This document shows positions 47,041-58,381 of a DNA stretch of 64,000 bases, piece after piece. Location of the stretch: NCBI RefSeq assembly GCF_017348835.2, contig NZ_CP071375.1. One strand, given 5' to 3'. Numbering within the stretch: the stretch's first letter is position 1; every line of letters begins with the position of its first letter. The stretch is from Escherichia coli. Its GTDB lineage: Bacteria > Pseudomonadota > Gammaproteobacteria > Enterobacterales > Enterobacteriaceae. A program made the translations under genes and the position numbers. The notes under the pieces were generated by a model that searched no databases, was not told the DNA's origin, and saw nothing but the letters and a program-made list of their open reading frames with translations.

Positions 47041-48417
47041 TTACGGGGTCGCTCGCGGACGGGAGGACTGCATTGGAATCGCCCAGATAATCCCCGCACC
47101 AATCACCAGCAGCGCGGCAACAAACCACAATCCACTGTTAAAGCTGCCGGTCAAATCTTTCAACCAGCCGATCATAAACGGACTTAACGCTGAACCAATG
47201 TTGCCAGTGGCGTTGATCACCGCAATACCGATCGCTCGTGCCCGCAGGCTGATGGACTGATCCGGTGTTGTCCAGAAAATCGCCATTGCGCTGAATGATC
47301 CGGTCGAAGCCATAATGATCCCCAGCATCTGGATCATGTTGTGATCAGTTGCCGAAGCCAGTAACCAACCTGCGGCAGCGAACAAATAAGGAAGGGCGGT
47401 GTGATGCCTTCGTTCCTGGCGGCGATCTGAGTGACGGCTCCAGTAGACCATCCCGAGAATGGTACAAATCTGCGGTACGGCGGCCAGCAGGCCGATGGTG
47501 ATATTACTGCTGCCCTGATTAAAACTTTGCAGGATCTGCGGTGTCCAGATGCTGATCGCACTAAGTGTGTTGGTCAGGCAGAAATACGCCAGGGTATACA
47601 TCATCACCACCGGAGTGAAGATCTCCCGCCACATACTGCGTTGTTGCATGGCGTGGTGGCTGATGGCTCCCTCTGGCTGAACCAGCGTCAGACGATCGTT
47701 ATCCATCATCTCTTGCAGGCATTTTTTGTCTTCTTTCGTCAGCCACTTAGCTTTGTCCGGTGAGTCATCAAGCCAGAACCACACCATGACGCCGAGTAAT
47801 ACCGACGGGAAGCCTTCCAGCAAAAACAGCCACTGCCAGCCTTTTAATGCCATGACGCCATCCAGCGACAAAATGTAGCCGGAAACGATCGATCCCAACG
47901 CTGTCGTTACCGGCATTGCCACCATAAACAAGGCGTTGGCACGGGCGCGGAAATAGGCCGGAAACCAGAAGGTTAAATACAGCAGAATGCCAGGCAGAAA
48001 GCCGGCTTCGGTAATGCCAACCAGTATACGCAGTACGTACAAGCTGGTGGGGCCAGTGGCAAACATGGTGGCAGTAGAGGCGATGCCCCAAAGCACCATG
48101 ATGGTGGCGATCCAGCGCCGCGCACCGACAATACTCAGCATAATGTTGCTGGGAATGCCGAAGATGACATAAGCGGCATAGAACAGGGTGGTAGCGAGGC
48201 CAAACATGGTGGCGCTCAGACCGAGGTCGCGTCCCATCGTGAGTCCGGCAAAGCCGATGTTGATGCGATCAAGGAACGAGAAGATAAACAGCACGAACAG
48301 AAAGACGATCAGGCGGCGAAATAGCTTCTTAATAACCGCCTGTTGTCCGGCAGTCAGCGCTTTATGCTGATTCGCCGGATCGATACTCTCCGGTATGGCA
48401 GGTGAGGTGTCGCTCAT
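47041..48417 (-). CDS. hpaX: 4-hydroxyphenylacetate MFS transporter
   Basis: ORF 47041..48477; ATG 48417 (MSDTSPAIPESID...) gives 458 aa; 12 TM-like segments. Confidence 0.85.
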   Translation of the reverse strand: MSDTSPAIPESIDPANQHKALTAGQQAVIKKLFRRLIVFLFVLFIFSFLDRINIGFAGLTMGRDLGLSATMFGLATTLFYAAYVIFGIPSNIMLSIVGARRWIATIMVLWGIASTATMFATGPTSLYVLRILVGITEAGFLPGILLYLTFWFPAYFRARANALFMVAMPVTTALGSIVSGYILSLDGVMALKGWQWLFLLEGFPSVLLGVMVWFWLDDSPDKAKWLTKEDKKCLQEMMDNDRLTLVQPEGAISHHAMQQRSMWREIFTPVVMMYTLAYFCLTNTLSAISIWTPQILQSFNQGSSNITIGLLAAVPQICTILGMVYWSRHSDRRQERRHHTALPYLFAAAGWLLASATDHNMIQMLGIIMASTGSFSAMAIFWTTPDQSISLRARAIGIAVINATGNIGSALSPFMIGWLKDLTGSFNSGLWFVAALLVIGAGIIWAIPMQSSRPRATP

Positions 48418-48451
48418 TTTTCTTCCTCTAATGGGATTTTTGTAGGGTACG

Positions 48452-48591
<140 letters not shown>

Positions 48592-48597
<6 letters not shown>

Positions 48598-49380
48598 CAC
48601 GCCGGGCTTAATCGCTGTAGCCTGCGCGCCAAACCGTGCTGCCAGCGCTTCAGCGGCGCGGGCGAGCAGGGTGGTGTCAACGCCGACGGCGACAAACAGC
48701 GCGCCCAGTTCCAGATAGCGTTTTGCCAGTTGCTCATTGGCGATCAGGATCCCTGGCGCTTTACCCGCTTCGCGGATCTGCACGATCGCCTGCTCAATGG
48801 CGGCCTGTACTTCCGGGTGCTGCGGATTACCGGCATAACCCATATCGGCGCTCAGATCCGCCGGGCCGATAAACACGCCGTCGACGCCTTCCACGTCCAG
48901 AATCTGCGGTAAGTTCTTCATTGCCTCACGCGTTTCGATCTGCACCAGCACGCACATTTGATCGTTGGCTTTTTGCAGGTAATCAGGAATGCGATTCCAG
49001 CGCGAGGCGCGAGCCAGCGCACTGCCCACACCGCGAATACCGGCGGGGGGATAACGGGTGGCGCGTACCGCTTCACGGGCTTCGTCGGCGTTTTGTACCA
49101 TCGGCACCAGCAAGGTTTGTGTGCCGACATCCAGCAGTTGTTTGATTTGCACCGGATCGTTCCACGACGGACGTACCACCGGCTGGCTGGGGTAGGGCGC
49201 AATCGCCTGTAGCTGGGTGAGCACGGTTTGCACGTTATTCGGCGCGTGCTCACCGTCGATCAATAACCAGTCGAATCCTGCTCCGGCCAGTAACTCTGCG
49301 CTGTAGCTGCTACTTAGCCCCAGCCATAATCCGATCTGCGGGCGGCCTGCTTTCAGCGCCGCTTTAAAACTGTTTTCCAT
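48592..49380 (-). CDS. hpaI: 4-hydroxy-2-oxoheptanedioate (HHED) aldolase
   Basis: ORF 48592..49521; ATG 49380 ([20 protein letters not shown]) gives 262 aa. Confidence 0.9.
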
Positions 49381-49390
49381 CGTTCTCTCC

Positions 49391-50194
49391 TTAAACAAAG
49401 CGGCAGCTAATGGAGCCCATGTTGCCGTAATCGACGTGGAAGGTATCGCCCTTACGCGCCGGAACCGGGCGGGTGAACGAACCGCCGAGAATGATTTGCC
49501 CGGCTTCCAGTTGTACGTCATACGGTGCGAGTTTGTTCGCCAGCCAGGCCACGCCGTTTGCCGGATGATTTAGCACACCAGCGGCGACGCCAGTTTCTTC
49601 AATCACGCCATTGCGATACATCAGGGCGGAGATCCAACGCAGATCCAGTTCGTCTGGTTTGATCGGACGACCGCCGAGGATCACTCCGGCGTTGGCGGCG
49701 TTATCAGAAATGGTGTCGAACACTTTGCGCGGGCGCTGGGTTTCCGGATCGATGTTGTGGCAGCGGGCGTCGATCAGCTCCAGCGCCGGGATCACGTAGT
49801 CCGTGGCGTTGTAGACGTCGAACAGCGTGCAGTTTGGCCCACGCAGCGGTTTTGCCAGCACAAAAGCCAGCTCCACTTCAATGCGCGGCACGATAAAGCG
49901 ATCGGTCGGGATATCGCTGCCATCGTGGAAGAACATGTCGTCCAGCAATGCACCGTAATCTGGCTCGCTGATTTGTGAGCTGGCCTGCATCGCTTTCGAG
50001 GTCAGGCCGATTTTGTGGCCTTTCAGCGTGCGGCCTTCGGCGATTTTCAGTCGGACCCATTCGCGCTGTACGGCGTAGGCGTCTTCAATGGTGATCTCCG
50101 GGTAATCCAGCGAGATCGCGCGGATCTGTTCACGCTGTTTTTCTGCCTGATCCAGACGCTGGGCGATCAGGGTGTGGGTGTGTTTATCGAACAT
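49391..50194 (-). CDS. hpaH: 2-oxo-hept-3-ene-1,7-dioate hydratase
   Basis: ORF 49391..50212; ATG 50194 ([20 protein letters not shown]) gives 267 aa. Confidence 0.9.
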   Translation of the reverse strand: MFDKHTHTLIAQRLDQAEKQREQIRAISLDYPEITIEDAYAVQREWVRLKIAEGRTLKGHKIGLTSKAMQASSQISEPDYGALLDDMFFHDGSDIPTDRFIVPRIEVELAFVLAKPLRGPNCTLFDVYNATDYVIPALELIDARCHNIDPETQRPRKVFDTISDNAANAGVILGGRPIKPDELDLRWISALMYRNGVIEETGVAAGVLNHPANGVAWLANKLAPYDVQLEAGQIILGGSFTRPVPARKGDTFHVDYGNMGSISCRFV

Positions 50195-50261
50195 AGCGAT
50201 ATCCTGTGGCATTGCCGGATGCGGCTGCGCCTTATCATCCAGCCTGGAAGCTGGTGCAAAT

Positions 50262-50642
50262 TTATTTAAACAACGCGTGTACGTTGTTCTGTTTGAAATT
50301 CAACGTCGGGTGCAGCTCTGCAATCTCAAATGAAAGCGCCAGGTAACGGCTCTCCATCAGTGAGGCGAAGTGCGTTTTAATCAGATCAAACAGCATTTCG
50401 CCTACTTCCTGACGGCTTTCCAGACTGCGCCCGCTGCCGATTTTTAGCGTCATATGCACAAAGGCGTAATCGTGCTTGCCATCAGCCATTTGCCAGGTAT
50501 CGATCCAGTGTGCCCGGCTACGTATTCCCCCAAGCGGAAAAATCCCCGTCGCCGCCAGTGCGGTGTTAACACTGGCAAACAGCTCAGGTAAGCGGGCTTC
50601 TTGACGAATATTTTCAGTACATTCCACGATAAAGTGCGGCAT
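50262..50642 (-). CDS. hpaF: 5-carboxymethyl-2-hydroxymuconate isomerase
   Basis: 126-aa [25 protein letters not shown]. Confidence 0.9.
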   Translation of the reverse strand: MPHFIVECTENIRQEARLPELFASVNTALAATGIFPLGGIRSRAHWIDTWQMADGKHDYAFVHMTLKIGSGRSLESRQEVGEMLFDLIKTHFASLMESRYLALSFEIAELHPTLNFKQNNVHALFK

Positions 50643-50651
50643 AAAACGTCC

Positions 50652-51503
50652 TTACGCGGGCAGCGGGAAAACAGCGTTAACCTGACCGGTGCCAGAGCTT
50701 GGGAACAGCTCGGTAATAAACTCCACCTTGCCGTCGTATTTATCCCAGCCGAGCATCCCCAGCAGCATCACCGTGTCGTGCATATTGCCTTCGCCGTAGC
50801 AGTAGTCGGCGTACTCCGGCAGCATATTGCAGAACTCTTTGAACTGGCCTTCGCGCCACAACTTCACCACGCGCTCGTCCATCTGGCGGTCGAACTCGCG
50901 GGTGTAGCTGTTCATCCCTTCTTCTGCACGCTGATCGTCAATAAAGCGGTGCGATAACGAACCGCTGGCAAGGACCGCCACGGTGCCGTCGTACTGTTCG
51001 ATCGCTTTCAGAATCGCTTCGCCCAGCTTGCGGCTGTCGGCAAAATCGTGAACCGTGCAGAAAGCCGAAATGGAGACCACTTTGAAGTGCTTGTCTTCAT
51101 TCATGTAGCGCATCGGCACCAGCGTGCCGTATTCCAGTTTCAGGCTGGGAATGTTGTGCGCTTTTGCCCGCACGCCGAGCTTTAAGGCTTCAACGGCAAT
51201 AAGCTGCCCCAACTCCGGGTTGCCCTCGTAGTTGTAGGTCATGTCACGAATAAAATGCGGCAGCTCGTTGCTGGTGTAGACGCCTTCAAAATGGTCTGCA
51301 CAGTTGATGTGATAAGCACTGTTGACCAGCCAGTGAGTATCGAAAACAATAATGGTATCGACGCCCATTTCCCGGCAACGCTTGCTGATCTCTTTATGCC
51401 CGTCGATCGCGCCCTGGCGGCAACCGTGGTTTTTTCCTGGCAGTTCAGAGAGATACATCGACGGTACGTGCGTGATCTTGGCGGCTAACGCTAACTTACC
51501 CAT
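50652..51503 (-). CDS. hpaD: 3,4-dihydroxyphenylacetate (homoprotocatechuate) 2,3-dioxygenase
   Basis: 283-aa ORF; position in hpaGEDFHI order. Confidence 0.9.
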   Translation of the reverse strand: MGKLALAAKITHVPSMYLSELPGKNHGCRQGAIDGHKEISKRCREMGVDTIIVFDTHWLVNSAYHINCADHFEGVYTSNELPHFIRDMTYNYEGNPELGQLIAVEALKLGVRAKAHNIPSLKLEYGTLVPMRYMNEDKHFKVVSISAFCTVHDFADSRKLGEAILKAIEQYDGTVAVLASGSLSHRFIDDQRAEEGMNSYTREFDRQMDERVVKLWREGQFKEFCNMLPEYADYCYGEGNMHDTVMLLGMLGWDKYDGKVEFITELFPSSGTGQVNAVFPLPA

Positions 51504-51504
51504 A

Positions 51505-52971
51505 TCAGACTCCCCATTTCGGAATTGGATGGTCGCCCATGGAAATGCAGACGTTCTTCATTTCCGCGAACACTTCGAAGCTGTACTCACCGCCTTCACG
51601 CCCGGTGCCGGAGGCTTTTACGCCGCCAAATGGCTGGCGCAGGTCACGCACGTTCTGGGTGTTGACGAACACCATGCCAGCTTCAATGCCACGCGCCAGG
51701 CGTAACACTTTGCTGACATCCTGTGTCCAGATGTACGACGCGAGGCCGTACTCCACGTCGTTTGCCAGACGTAAGCCTTCGGCTTCGTCTTTAAACGGCA
51801 GCAGGCAGGCGACCGGCCCGAAAATCTCTTCCTGGGCGACTCGCATACGGTTATCAACGTCTGCCAGCACGGTTGGGCGCAGGAAGTTGCCGCCTTTCAG
51901 GTGCGCAGGCAGGTCGGACGGTTTATCCGGGCCGCCCGCCAGCAGGGTTGCGCCTTCTTCAATGCCGAGACGGATATAGCCGGAGACTTTTTCCCAGTGC
52001 TGCTGGCTGATAAGCGCCCCAACCTGGGTATTCGGATCGTTCGGATCGCCCACGCGCAGACGGTTGGCGCGTTCGGCAAAGCGTTTAACGAATTCCGGGT
52101 AGATGCTTTGCTGAATAAAGATGCGCGAACCGGCGGTGCAGCGCTCGCCGTTGATCGAGAAGATGGTGAACAGGGCGGCGTCCAGCGCGCGTTCAATATC
52201 GGCATCTTCAAAAATCAGCACCGGCGATTTACCGCCCAGTTCCATGGAGTATTTTTTCAGCCCGGCGTTTTTCATGATGTTGCGCCCGGTGGCCGTACCG
52301 CCGGTGAACGACACGGCACGTACGTCATGATGACGAACCAGCGCATCCCCTGCGGTTGCGCCGTAGCCCTGTACCACGTTCAGCACGCCTGCCGGAATAC
52401 CGGCTTCCAGCGCCAGCTCACCCAGGCGGTCAGCGGTCAGCGGGGAGAGTTCCGACATTTTCAGTACCGCGGTATTGCCCAGCGCCAGACACGGCGCGAC
52501 CTTCCATGTGGCGGTCATAAACGGTACGTTCCACGGCGATACCAGCGCACAAACGCCCACCGGCTGCACCAGCGTGTAGTTGAGCATCTTGTCGTCAACC
52601 GGATAGGTCTTGCCGTTCATCTGCTGGCAGACTTCCGCGAAAAATTCAAAGTTGTGGGAAGCGCGTGGGATCAACACATTTTTGGTCTGATGGATCGGCA
52701 GGCCGGTGTCCGCGGTTTCCATCGCGGCGATCTCTGGCACGTTCTGGTCGATCAGATCGCCCAGACGGCGCATCAGGCGCGCACGCTCTTTCATCGGCAG
52801 ATTGGCCCATTTCGGGAACGCCTCTTTCGCTGCCGCTACCGCCTGATTGATCTCCGCTTCACCGCCAGAGGCCACATCCGCCAGCACTTCACCCGTTGCC
52901 GGATTGGTGGTCTGGAAGTAGTCGTTACCTGCAACATTTTTGCCGTTGATCCAATGATTTACTTTTTTCAT
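51505..52971 (-). CDS. hpaE: 5-carboxymethyl-2-hydroxymuconate semialdehyde dehydrogenase
   Basis: 488-aa aldehyde dehydrogenase family ORF; overlaps hpaG stop by 4 bp. Confidence 0.9.
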   Translation of the reverse strand: MKKVNHWINGKNVAGNDYFQTTNPATGEVLADVASGGEAEINQAVAAAKEAFPKWANLPMKERARLMRRLGDLIDQNVPEIAAMETADTGLPIHQTKNVLIPRASHNFEFFAEVCQQMNGKTYPVDDKMLNYTLVQPVGVCALVSPWNVPFMTATWKVAPCLALGNTAVLKMSELSPLTADRLGELALEAGIPAGVLNVVQGYGATAGDALVRHHDVRAVSFTGGTATGRNIMKNAGLKKYSMELGGKSPVLIFEDADIERALDAALFTIFSINGERCTAGSRIFIQQSIYPEFVKRFAERANRLRVGDPNDPNTQVGALISQQHWEKVSGYIRLGIEEGATLLAGGPDKPSDLPAHLKGGNFLRPTVLADVDNRMRVAQEEIFGPVACLLPFKDEAEGLRLANDVEYGLASYIWTQDVSKVLRLARGIEAGMVFVNTQNVRDLRQPFGGVKASGTGREGGEYSFEVFAEMKNVCISMGDHPIPKWGV

Positions 52972-54263
52972 TTCGCTGTTTCCTCACTCACAATTCGGTT
53001 CACCAGGCAGCCCACGCCTTCTACTTCCACCACTACTTCATCGCCAGGCACCACGTCAGATAAGCCTTTTGGTGTGCCGGTGGCGATCATGTCGCCCGGA
53101 TTCAGGGTCATAAATTCGCTTAAGTAGGCGATCAGGAAGGGCACGCTGAAGATCAGATCGGCGGTGGTGCCTTGCTGGCGTAACTCGCCGTTGACGAAGG
53201 TGCGAAGGGTCAGATTATGCGGGTCCGGGATCGCCTCTTTCGGCACGATGGTTGAAAGCATCGGCGTCAGTCCGTCGCGGCTTTTTACCCGCAGGTTAGG
53301 GCGGTAGTAGTTTTCCAGATAGTCGCGAATGGCGTAGTCGTTACACACGGTGTAGCCCGCGACATAATCCATGGCATCGGCTTCGCTGACGTTACGCGCC
53401 TGTTTGCCAATAACTACCACCAGCTCCGCTTCATAGTGCATGTATTCAATATTGTTTGGACGCACGGAGGTCTGGTTATCGCCAGTGAGGGTATTTGGCG
53501 CTTTCAGGAACACCAGCGGTTCTTCCGGTGGCTTAAATTCCAGTTCGCTGGCGTGGTCGGCGTAGTTCAGGCCGAGGGCAAACAGCGTGCCGTGCGGGTG
53601 TGGCTGCGTTGGGAAGCTCTTGCGCGTGGTCACTTCACGTTCGTCCACTACCGGATTTTCCAGCGGCGGGAAACCTTCTGCGAGAACACGAACGCGATCG
53701 CCTGGCTGTATTTCCACGCGCGCCTGTGGCGTGCCGAGCAGAATGGCATCGCCTGGATTCAGTGTGGCAAATTCGCTCAGGGCGCTCAGCAACTGCGCGG
53801 CGTTACGTTGTAAATCGGCGGTATTCCAGTGATCGGCAGGACGCCCGTTGATCTCGGTATAGATGGTCAGATTATCGACATTGCTGAGAGCCACGGTTTC
53901 GCCAATGGGGCAGAATCCATCACGACATTTTGCTTTGATTGCCGGGCGGTAAAAGCTCTCTTCCGGCAGGCTGACGTCGTTAGCCAGCGCATATCCGGCG
54001 ATGTACTCTGCCGCATCTTCTTCACGTACTTTCGTCGCCGTTTTTCCCACAATCAGCGCAACAGTCGCACCGCTCAGTACCTTTTCACCCTGTGGAAAGG
54101 GAATCGGTTCACCGCAACCAATCACCGTATTGCGCGGTTTAATAAACCAGACCGCAGTTTTAGGCGGGGCTTTGTAGGGGGATTGCTGGAACGCGTCCTG
54201 CCATGCATCAAGCTGGCTGCGATGGTTCAACGCTACGGCGAAGATAGTGCCTTTCATTACCAC
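52968..54263 (-). CDS. hpaG: Bifunctional OPET decarboxylase / HHDD isomerase
   Basis: 431-aa ORF with two FAH-like repeats; first gene of the meta operon, divergent from hpaR. Confidence 0.9.
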   Translation of the reverse strand: MVMKGTIFAVALNHRSQLDAWQDAFQQSPYKAPPKTAVWFIKPRNTVIGCGEPIPFPQGEKVLSGATVALIVGKTATKVREEDAAEYIAGYALANDVSLPEESFYRPAIKAKCRDGFCPIGETVALSNVDNLTIYTEINGRPADHWNTADLQRNAAQLLSALSEFATLNPGDAILLGTPQARVEIQPGDRVRVLAEGFPPLENPVVDEREVTTRKSFPTQPHPHGTLFALGLNYADHASELEFKPPEEPLVFLKAPNTLTGDNQTSVRPNNIEYMHYEAELVVVIGKQARNVSEADAMDYVAGYTVCNDYAIRDYLENYYRPNLRVKSRDGLTPMLSTIVPKEAIPDPHNLTLRTFVNGELRQQGTTADLIFSVPFLIAYLSEFMTLNPGDMIATGTPKGLSDVVPGDEVVVEVEGVGCLVNRIVSEETAK

Positions 54264-54527
54264 TCCTCGGATTCGATCATCTTAATCATTAATATGTTAA
54301 TGATTACTTTTATTCCCGATTGCGTAGTTTGGCAAAAGTAAGTGATGTAAATGTGATCTAATTAACAAACTATTTACATTTAAAGATAATAAAACATTAA
54401 ATATCAGTAAGTTAATAAAATATCATCAATTTTGATAAAATCAGGAATTGAGGGACAGCGCAGTCCCGGTAACGTGACGATTAACTGTTTCTATATTAAT
54501 GATTTTGAATTTTTCAGGGGAAAGATA

Positions 54528-54974
54528 ATGCACGACTCACTAACCATTGCGTTGCTCCAGGCGCGAGAAGCGGCGATGAGTTATTTTCGCCCAATCGTTA
54601 AACGGCATAATTTGACTGAACAACAGTGGCGCATCGTGCGTATTCTGGCGGAAAGCCCATCAATGGATTTTCACGATCTGGCGTATCGCGCCTGCATTTT
54701 GCGCCCAAGCCTGACCGGGATCCTTACGCGGATGGAACGCGACGGTTTAGTGTTGCGATTAAAGCCAATCAATGATCAGCGGAAGCTCTATATCTCGCTA
54801 ACCAAAGAGGGGCAGGCGCTGTATAACCGCGCCCAGACACAGATTGAAGAAGCCTATCGGCAGATTGAAGCTCAGTTTACTGCCGAGAAAATGCAACAGT
54901 TAACCCATCTGTTAGAGGAATTTATTGCTCTGGGCAATTCCCGACAAGAAGACATCCCGGGCGATAATGAATAA
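54528..54974 (+). CDS. hpaR: MarR-family repressor of the hpa meta operon
   Basis: ORF 54432..54974; ATG 54528 (MHDSLTIALLQAREAAMSYFRP) gives 148 aa, MarR-type winged helix. Confidence 0.85.
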   Translation: MHDSLTIALLQAREAAMSYFRPIVKRHNLTEQQWRIVRILAESPSMDFHDLAYRACILRPSLTGILTRMERDGLVLRLKPINDQRKLYISLTKEGQALYNRAQTQIEEAYRQIEAQFTAEKMQQLTHLLEEFIALGNSRQEDIPGDNE

Positions 54975-55035
54975 CTTTTTAGTATCTGATAACCAGCGCC
55001 TGGTTTTTCCATGGATGGCGGGTTACACCTTTTCA

Positions 55036-55062
55036 TAAAGTTTTTGCTTTCCAGGTCGAAAA
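55036..55062 (+). promoter_or_regulatory. sigma28 (FliA)-type promoter for tsr
   Basis: TAAAG (55036..55040) - 15 bp - GTCGAAAA (55055..62), matching consensus TAAA-N15-GCCGATAA; ~30 bp upstream of the tsr start. Confidence 0.55.
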
Positions 55063-55092
55063 TCTTGCATCGGTCCACAGGAAAGAGAAACC

Positions 55093-56757
55093 ATGTTAAA
55101 ACGTATCAAGATCGTGACCAGCTTACTGCTGGTTTTGGCCGTTTTTGGCCTTTTACAACTGACATCAGGCGGTCTGTTCTTTAATGCCTTAAAGAATGAC
55201 AAAGAAAATTTCACTGTTTTACAAACCATTCGTCAGCAGCAATCCACGCTGAATGGCAGCTGGGTCGCGTTGTTGCAGACGCGTAACACCCTCAACCGCG
55301 CGGGTATCCGCTACATGATGGATCAGAATAATATTGGTAGCGGTTCAACCGTTGCTGAGCTGATGCAGAGTGCCAGTATTTCGCTGAAACAGGCGGAAAA
55401 AAACTGGGCAGATTACGAAGCGTTGCCGCGTGACCCGCGTCAGAGCACCGCCGCAGCGGCAGAGATCAAACGTAATTACGATATTTATCACAATGCGCTG
55501 GCGGAGCTGATCCAACTGTTAGGTGCAGGCAAAATCAACGAGTTCTTTGATCAGCCGACCCAGGGATATCAGGACGGTTTCGAGAAGCAGTATGTGGCTT
55601 ACATAGAGCAAAACGATCGGCTCTATGATATCGCCGTCAGCGATAACAATGCCTCCTACAGCCAGGCGATGTGGATTCTGTTGGGCGTGATGATCGTCGT
55701 ACTGGCGGTCATCTTCGCCGTCTGGTTCGGTATTAAAGCCTCGTTGGTAGCGCCAATGAATCGCCTGATTGACAGCATTCGTCATATTGCAGGCGGCGAT
55801 CTGGTGAAACCGATTGAGGTGGATGGCTCTAATGAGATGGGGCAACTGGCAGAGAGTTTGCGCCATATGCAGGGAGAGCTGATGCGTACCGTCGGTGATG
55901 TGCGCAACGGGGCCAATGCCATCTATAGCGGTGCCAGCGAAATCGCCACCGGCAATAACGATCTCTCTTCGCGCACCGAGCAACAGGCCGCTTCGCTGGA
56001 AGAGACGGCAGCCAGCATGGAGCAACTGACCGCAACGGTGAAACAGAACGCCGAGAATGCGCGCCAGGCCAGCCACCTGGCGTTAAGTGCTTCTGAAACG
56101 GCGCAACGCGGCGGCAAAGTGGTAGATAACGTGGTGCAGACTATGCGTGATATCTCCACCAGTTCGCAGAAAATCGCCGATATTATCAGCGTAATTGACG
56201 GCATTGCCTTCCAGACCAATATTCTGGCTTTGAACGCGGCGGTTGAAGCAGCGCGTGCGGGTGAGCAAGGACGTGGTTTTGCGGTGGTTGCGGGAGAAGT
56301 GCGTAATCTGGCCCAGCGTAGCGCCCAGGCGGCTCGTGAAATTAAAAGCCTGATTGAAGACTCGGTGGGGAAAGTGGATGTTGGCTCTACGCTGGTCGAA
56401 AGCGCCGGGGAAACAATGGCGGAGATTGTCAGTGCCGTGACCCGCGTGACGGACATTATGGGCGAAATAGCTTCTGCTTCTGATGAGCAGAGCCGTGGTA
56501 TCGATCAGGTTGGCTTAGCGGTTGCTGAGATGGACCGGGTAACTCAACAGAACGCCGCGCTGGTGGAAGAATCTGCCGCTGCCGCCGCCGCGCTGGAAGA
56601 GCAGGCCAGTCGCCTGACCGAAGCTGTGGCAGTGTTCCGGATTCAGCAACAGCAGCAACAGCAGCGTGAAACATCGGCTGTGGTAAAAACCGTGACGCCA
56701 GCTACGCCGCGTAAAATGGCAGTGGCAGATAGCGGGGAGAACTGGGAAACGTTTTAA
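55093..56757 (+). CDS. tsr: Methyl-accepting chemotaxis protein I (serine chemoreceptor)
   Basis: 554-aa ORF with HAMP and MCP signalling domains and C-terminal NWETF pentapeptide. Confidence 0.9.
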   Translation: MLKRIKIVTSLLLVLAVFGLLQLTSGGLFFNALKNDKENFTVLQTIRQQQSTLNGSWVALLQTRNTLNRAGIRYMMDQNNIGSGSTVAELMQSASISLKQAEKNWADYEALPRDPRQSTAAAAEIKRNYDIYHNALAELIQLLGAGKINEFFDQPTQGYQDGFEKQYVAYIEQNDRLYDIAVSDNNASYSQAMWILLGVMIVVLAVIFAVWFGIKASLVAPMNRLIDSIRHIAGGDLVKPIEVDGSNEMGQLAESLRHMQGELMRTVGDVRNGANAIYSGASEIATGNNDLSSRTEQQAASLEETAASMEQLTATVKQNAENARQASHLALSASETAQRGGKVVDNVVQTMRDISTSSQKIADIISVIDGIAFQTNILALNAAVEAARAGEQGRGFAVVAGEVRNLAQRSAQAAREIKSLIEDSVGKVDVGSTLVESAGETMAEIVSAVTRVTDIMGEIASASDEQSRGIDQVGLAVAEMDRVTQQNAALVEESAAAAAALEEQASRLTEAVAVFRIQQQQQQQRETSAVVKTVTPATPRKMAVADSGENWETF

Positions 56758-56805
56758 TCGCCATAAAAATGCCCGATAAGCAAAATGTTATCGGGCATAG
56801 GGAGT

Positions 56806-58167
56806 TTAATCTTTACGCGGGTCGTTGATCGGCTGACGAACCAGGAAGATGTACGCCAGTGCTCCCGCTGCGGTGACGCAACCGCAAATGATTAGTGCCA
56901 GACGGAATGAGTGGGTTGTATCAACAATAAAACCAGTAATGATCGGCGCGAAAGAGGCGCAGATGAAGCTGGCAAAGTTCTGGATACTGCCCACCGACGC
57001 AGTCATGCGAGAAGCAACTGCGACGTGGATCAAGCCCCAGCAGGATGTTCCGGCAAAGTGAATACAGAACAGTGCCATGCCAATCAGCAGAACCGCCATC
57101 ATGGATGTTGTCGCTTGTGGTACTATCAGCGTAAAGGCGGCAGAACAGAACATCCCGGCAATAATGCAGATCTTACGGCTTTTAATCGGAGCCATTCCCC
57201 CTTTGACCAGCCAGTCAGTAACGTAACCGTTGACCAGCATCCCGGCAGCCCCAAACAGGAAAGGGATAGCCGCCATCAACCCTGTGCTTTTTAAATCCAG
57301 GTTATAGGCTGTTTGCAGGTAACCAGGAAGCCAGGCCAGATACAGCCACGCAGTGTAGTTGATGCCACTGAATCCGAGCATCATTCCCCACATTGTGCGG
57401 TTACGGAACAGGCTGCGCCATTCGGCAAAACTGAGCGGATCTCGGCGTGCATTGACGCTACCTGCATTGAGATAAGCTTGTTCAACGGCAGTCAGTTCTA
57501 CGTGCTCGCGGTTGCGATAGAGCATATACCAGCCGATGGCGAGAAAAATCCCCAGTACACCAATGGTAATAAACATCCCGCGCCAGCCCATCACCAGCAT
57601 CATCGCCGCCAGAATCGGTGGGCTTACGGCAACGCCAATGGTAGAAGCTGCGTTGAAGAAGCCCATCGGGCGTCCGCGCTCTTTGATGTTGAACCAGTCG
57701 TTAATGACTTTTACACCGCATGGGTTCATCGGCGCTTCACCAATCCCCATACCGATACGCACCAACACGAACTGCGTAAAGCTGTGCACCATGCCAGACA
57801 TGGCCTGGAACAGTGACCAGAAGAACATCCCCAGTCCCAGCATCAGGCGTGGGCCTTTACGATCCAATAGTGGGCCGCAAGGAAGTTGCGCAATGCCGTA
57901 AGCGAGTGAAAACACGGAGAGCAAAGCGCCGATTTCGGTGGCACTTAATCCCAATTCTTCACGAATCGTTAAATTTGCTACCGACAGCGAACTGCGGTCG
58001 AGATAATTGATTACCGCCGCAAAAAATAATAACAACATGGCGGTGGTTTGAATGCGTTTAATTCGGGTACTGCGTTGAACTAATCCATCTGGTGGCACGG
58101 GAATATCTGCCGACGAAGATGGAGTAAATGAAGAACGCGGATCGAGGGTGATATTTTCTTTTTCCAC
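56806..58167 (-). CDS. lgoT: L-galactonate MFS transporter
   Basis: 453-aa polytopic membrane ORF at the K-12 yjiZ/lgoT position. Confidence 0.8.
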   Translation of the reverse strand: MEKENITLDPRSSFTPSSSADIPVPPDGLVQRSTRIKRIQTTAMLLLFFAAVINYLDRSSLSVANLTIREELGLSATEIGALLSVFSLAYGIAQLPCGPLLDRKGPRLMLGLGMFFWSLFQAMSGMVHSFTQFVLVRIGMGIGEAPMNPCGVKVINDWFNIKERGRPMGFFNAASTIGVAVSPPILAAMMLVMGWRGMFITIGVLGIFLAIGWYMLYRNREHVELTAVEQAYLNAGSVNARRDPLSFAEWRSLFRNRTMWGMMLGFSGINYTAWLYLAWLPGYLQTAYNLDLKSTGLMAAIPFLFGAAGMLVNGYVTDWLVKGGMAPIKSRKICIIAGMFCSAAFTLIVPQATTSMMAVLLIGMALFCIHFAGTSCWGLIHVAVASRMTASVGSIQNFASFICASFAPIITGFIVDTTHSFRLALIICGCVTAAGALAYIFLVRQPINDPRKD

Positions 58168-58381
58168 GCCGGACTCCTGTATTTATAATTTTAATTGTTT
58201 ACGTAATTGTGCATTACGCAAGGTTGACATTAACGGCAGGTTAAAGTTTTAGGACTTTACTACCGCTCACAAAAACATTTTTAGTCGACTGATTGTGAGC
58301 ATAGGTAAGCGGGAATTTCCCGGTATTTATCTTTTGATAAAACCGTGCACCCGCTAATAGTTTGCTGTTTTTAATCCGTAC

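Noticed and set aside
51901..53127. 408-aa ORF antisense to hpaE/hpaG
   Set aside because: Opposite strand of two tightly packed, well-supported hpa genes; R/G/A-rich translation; antisense artefact.
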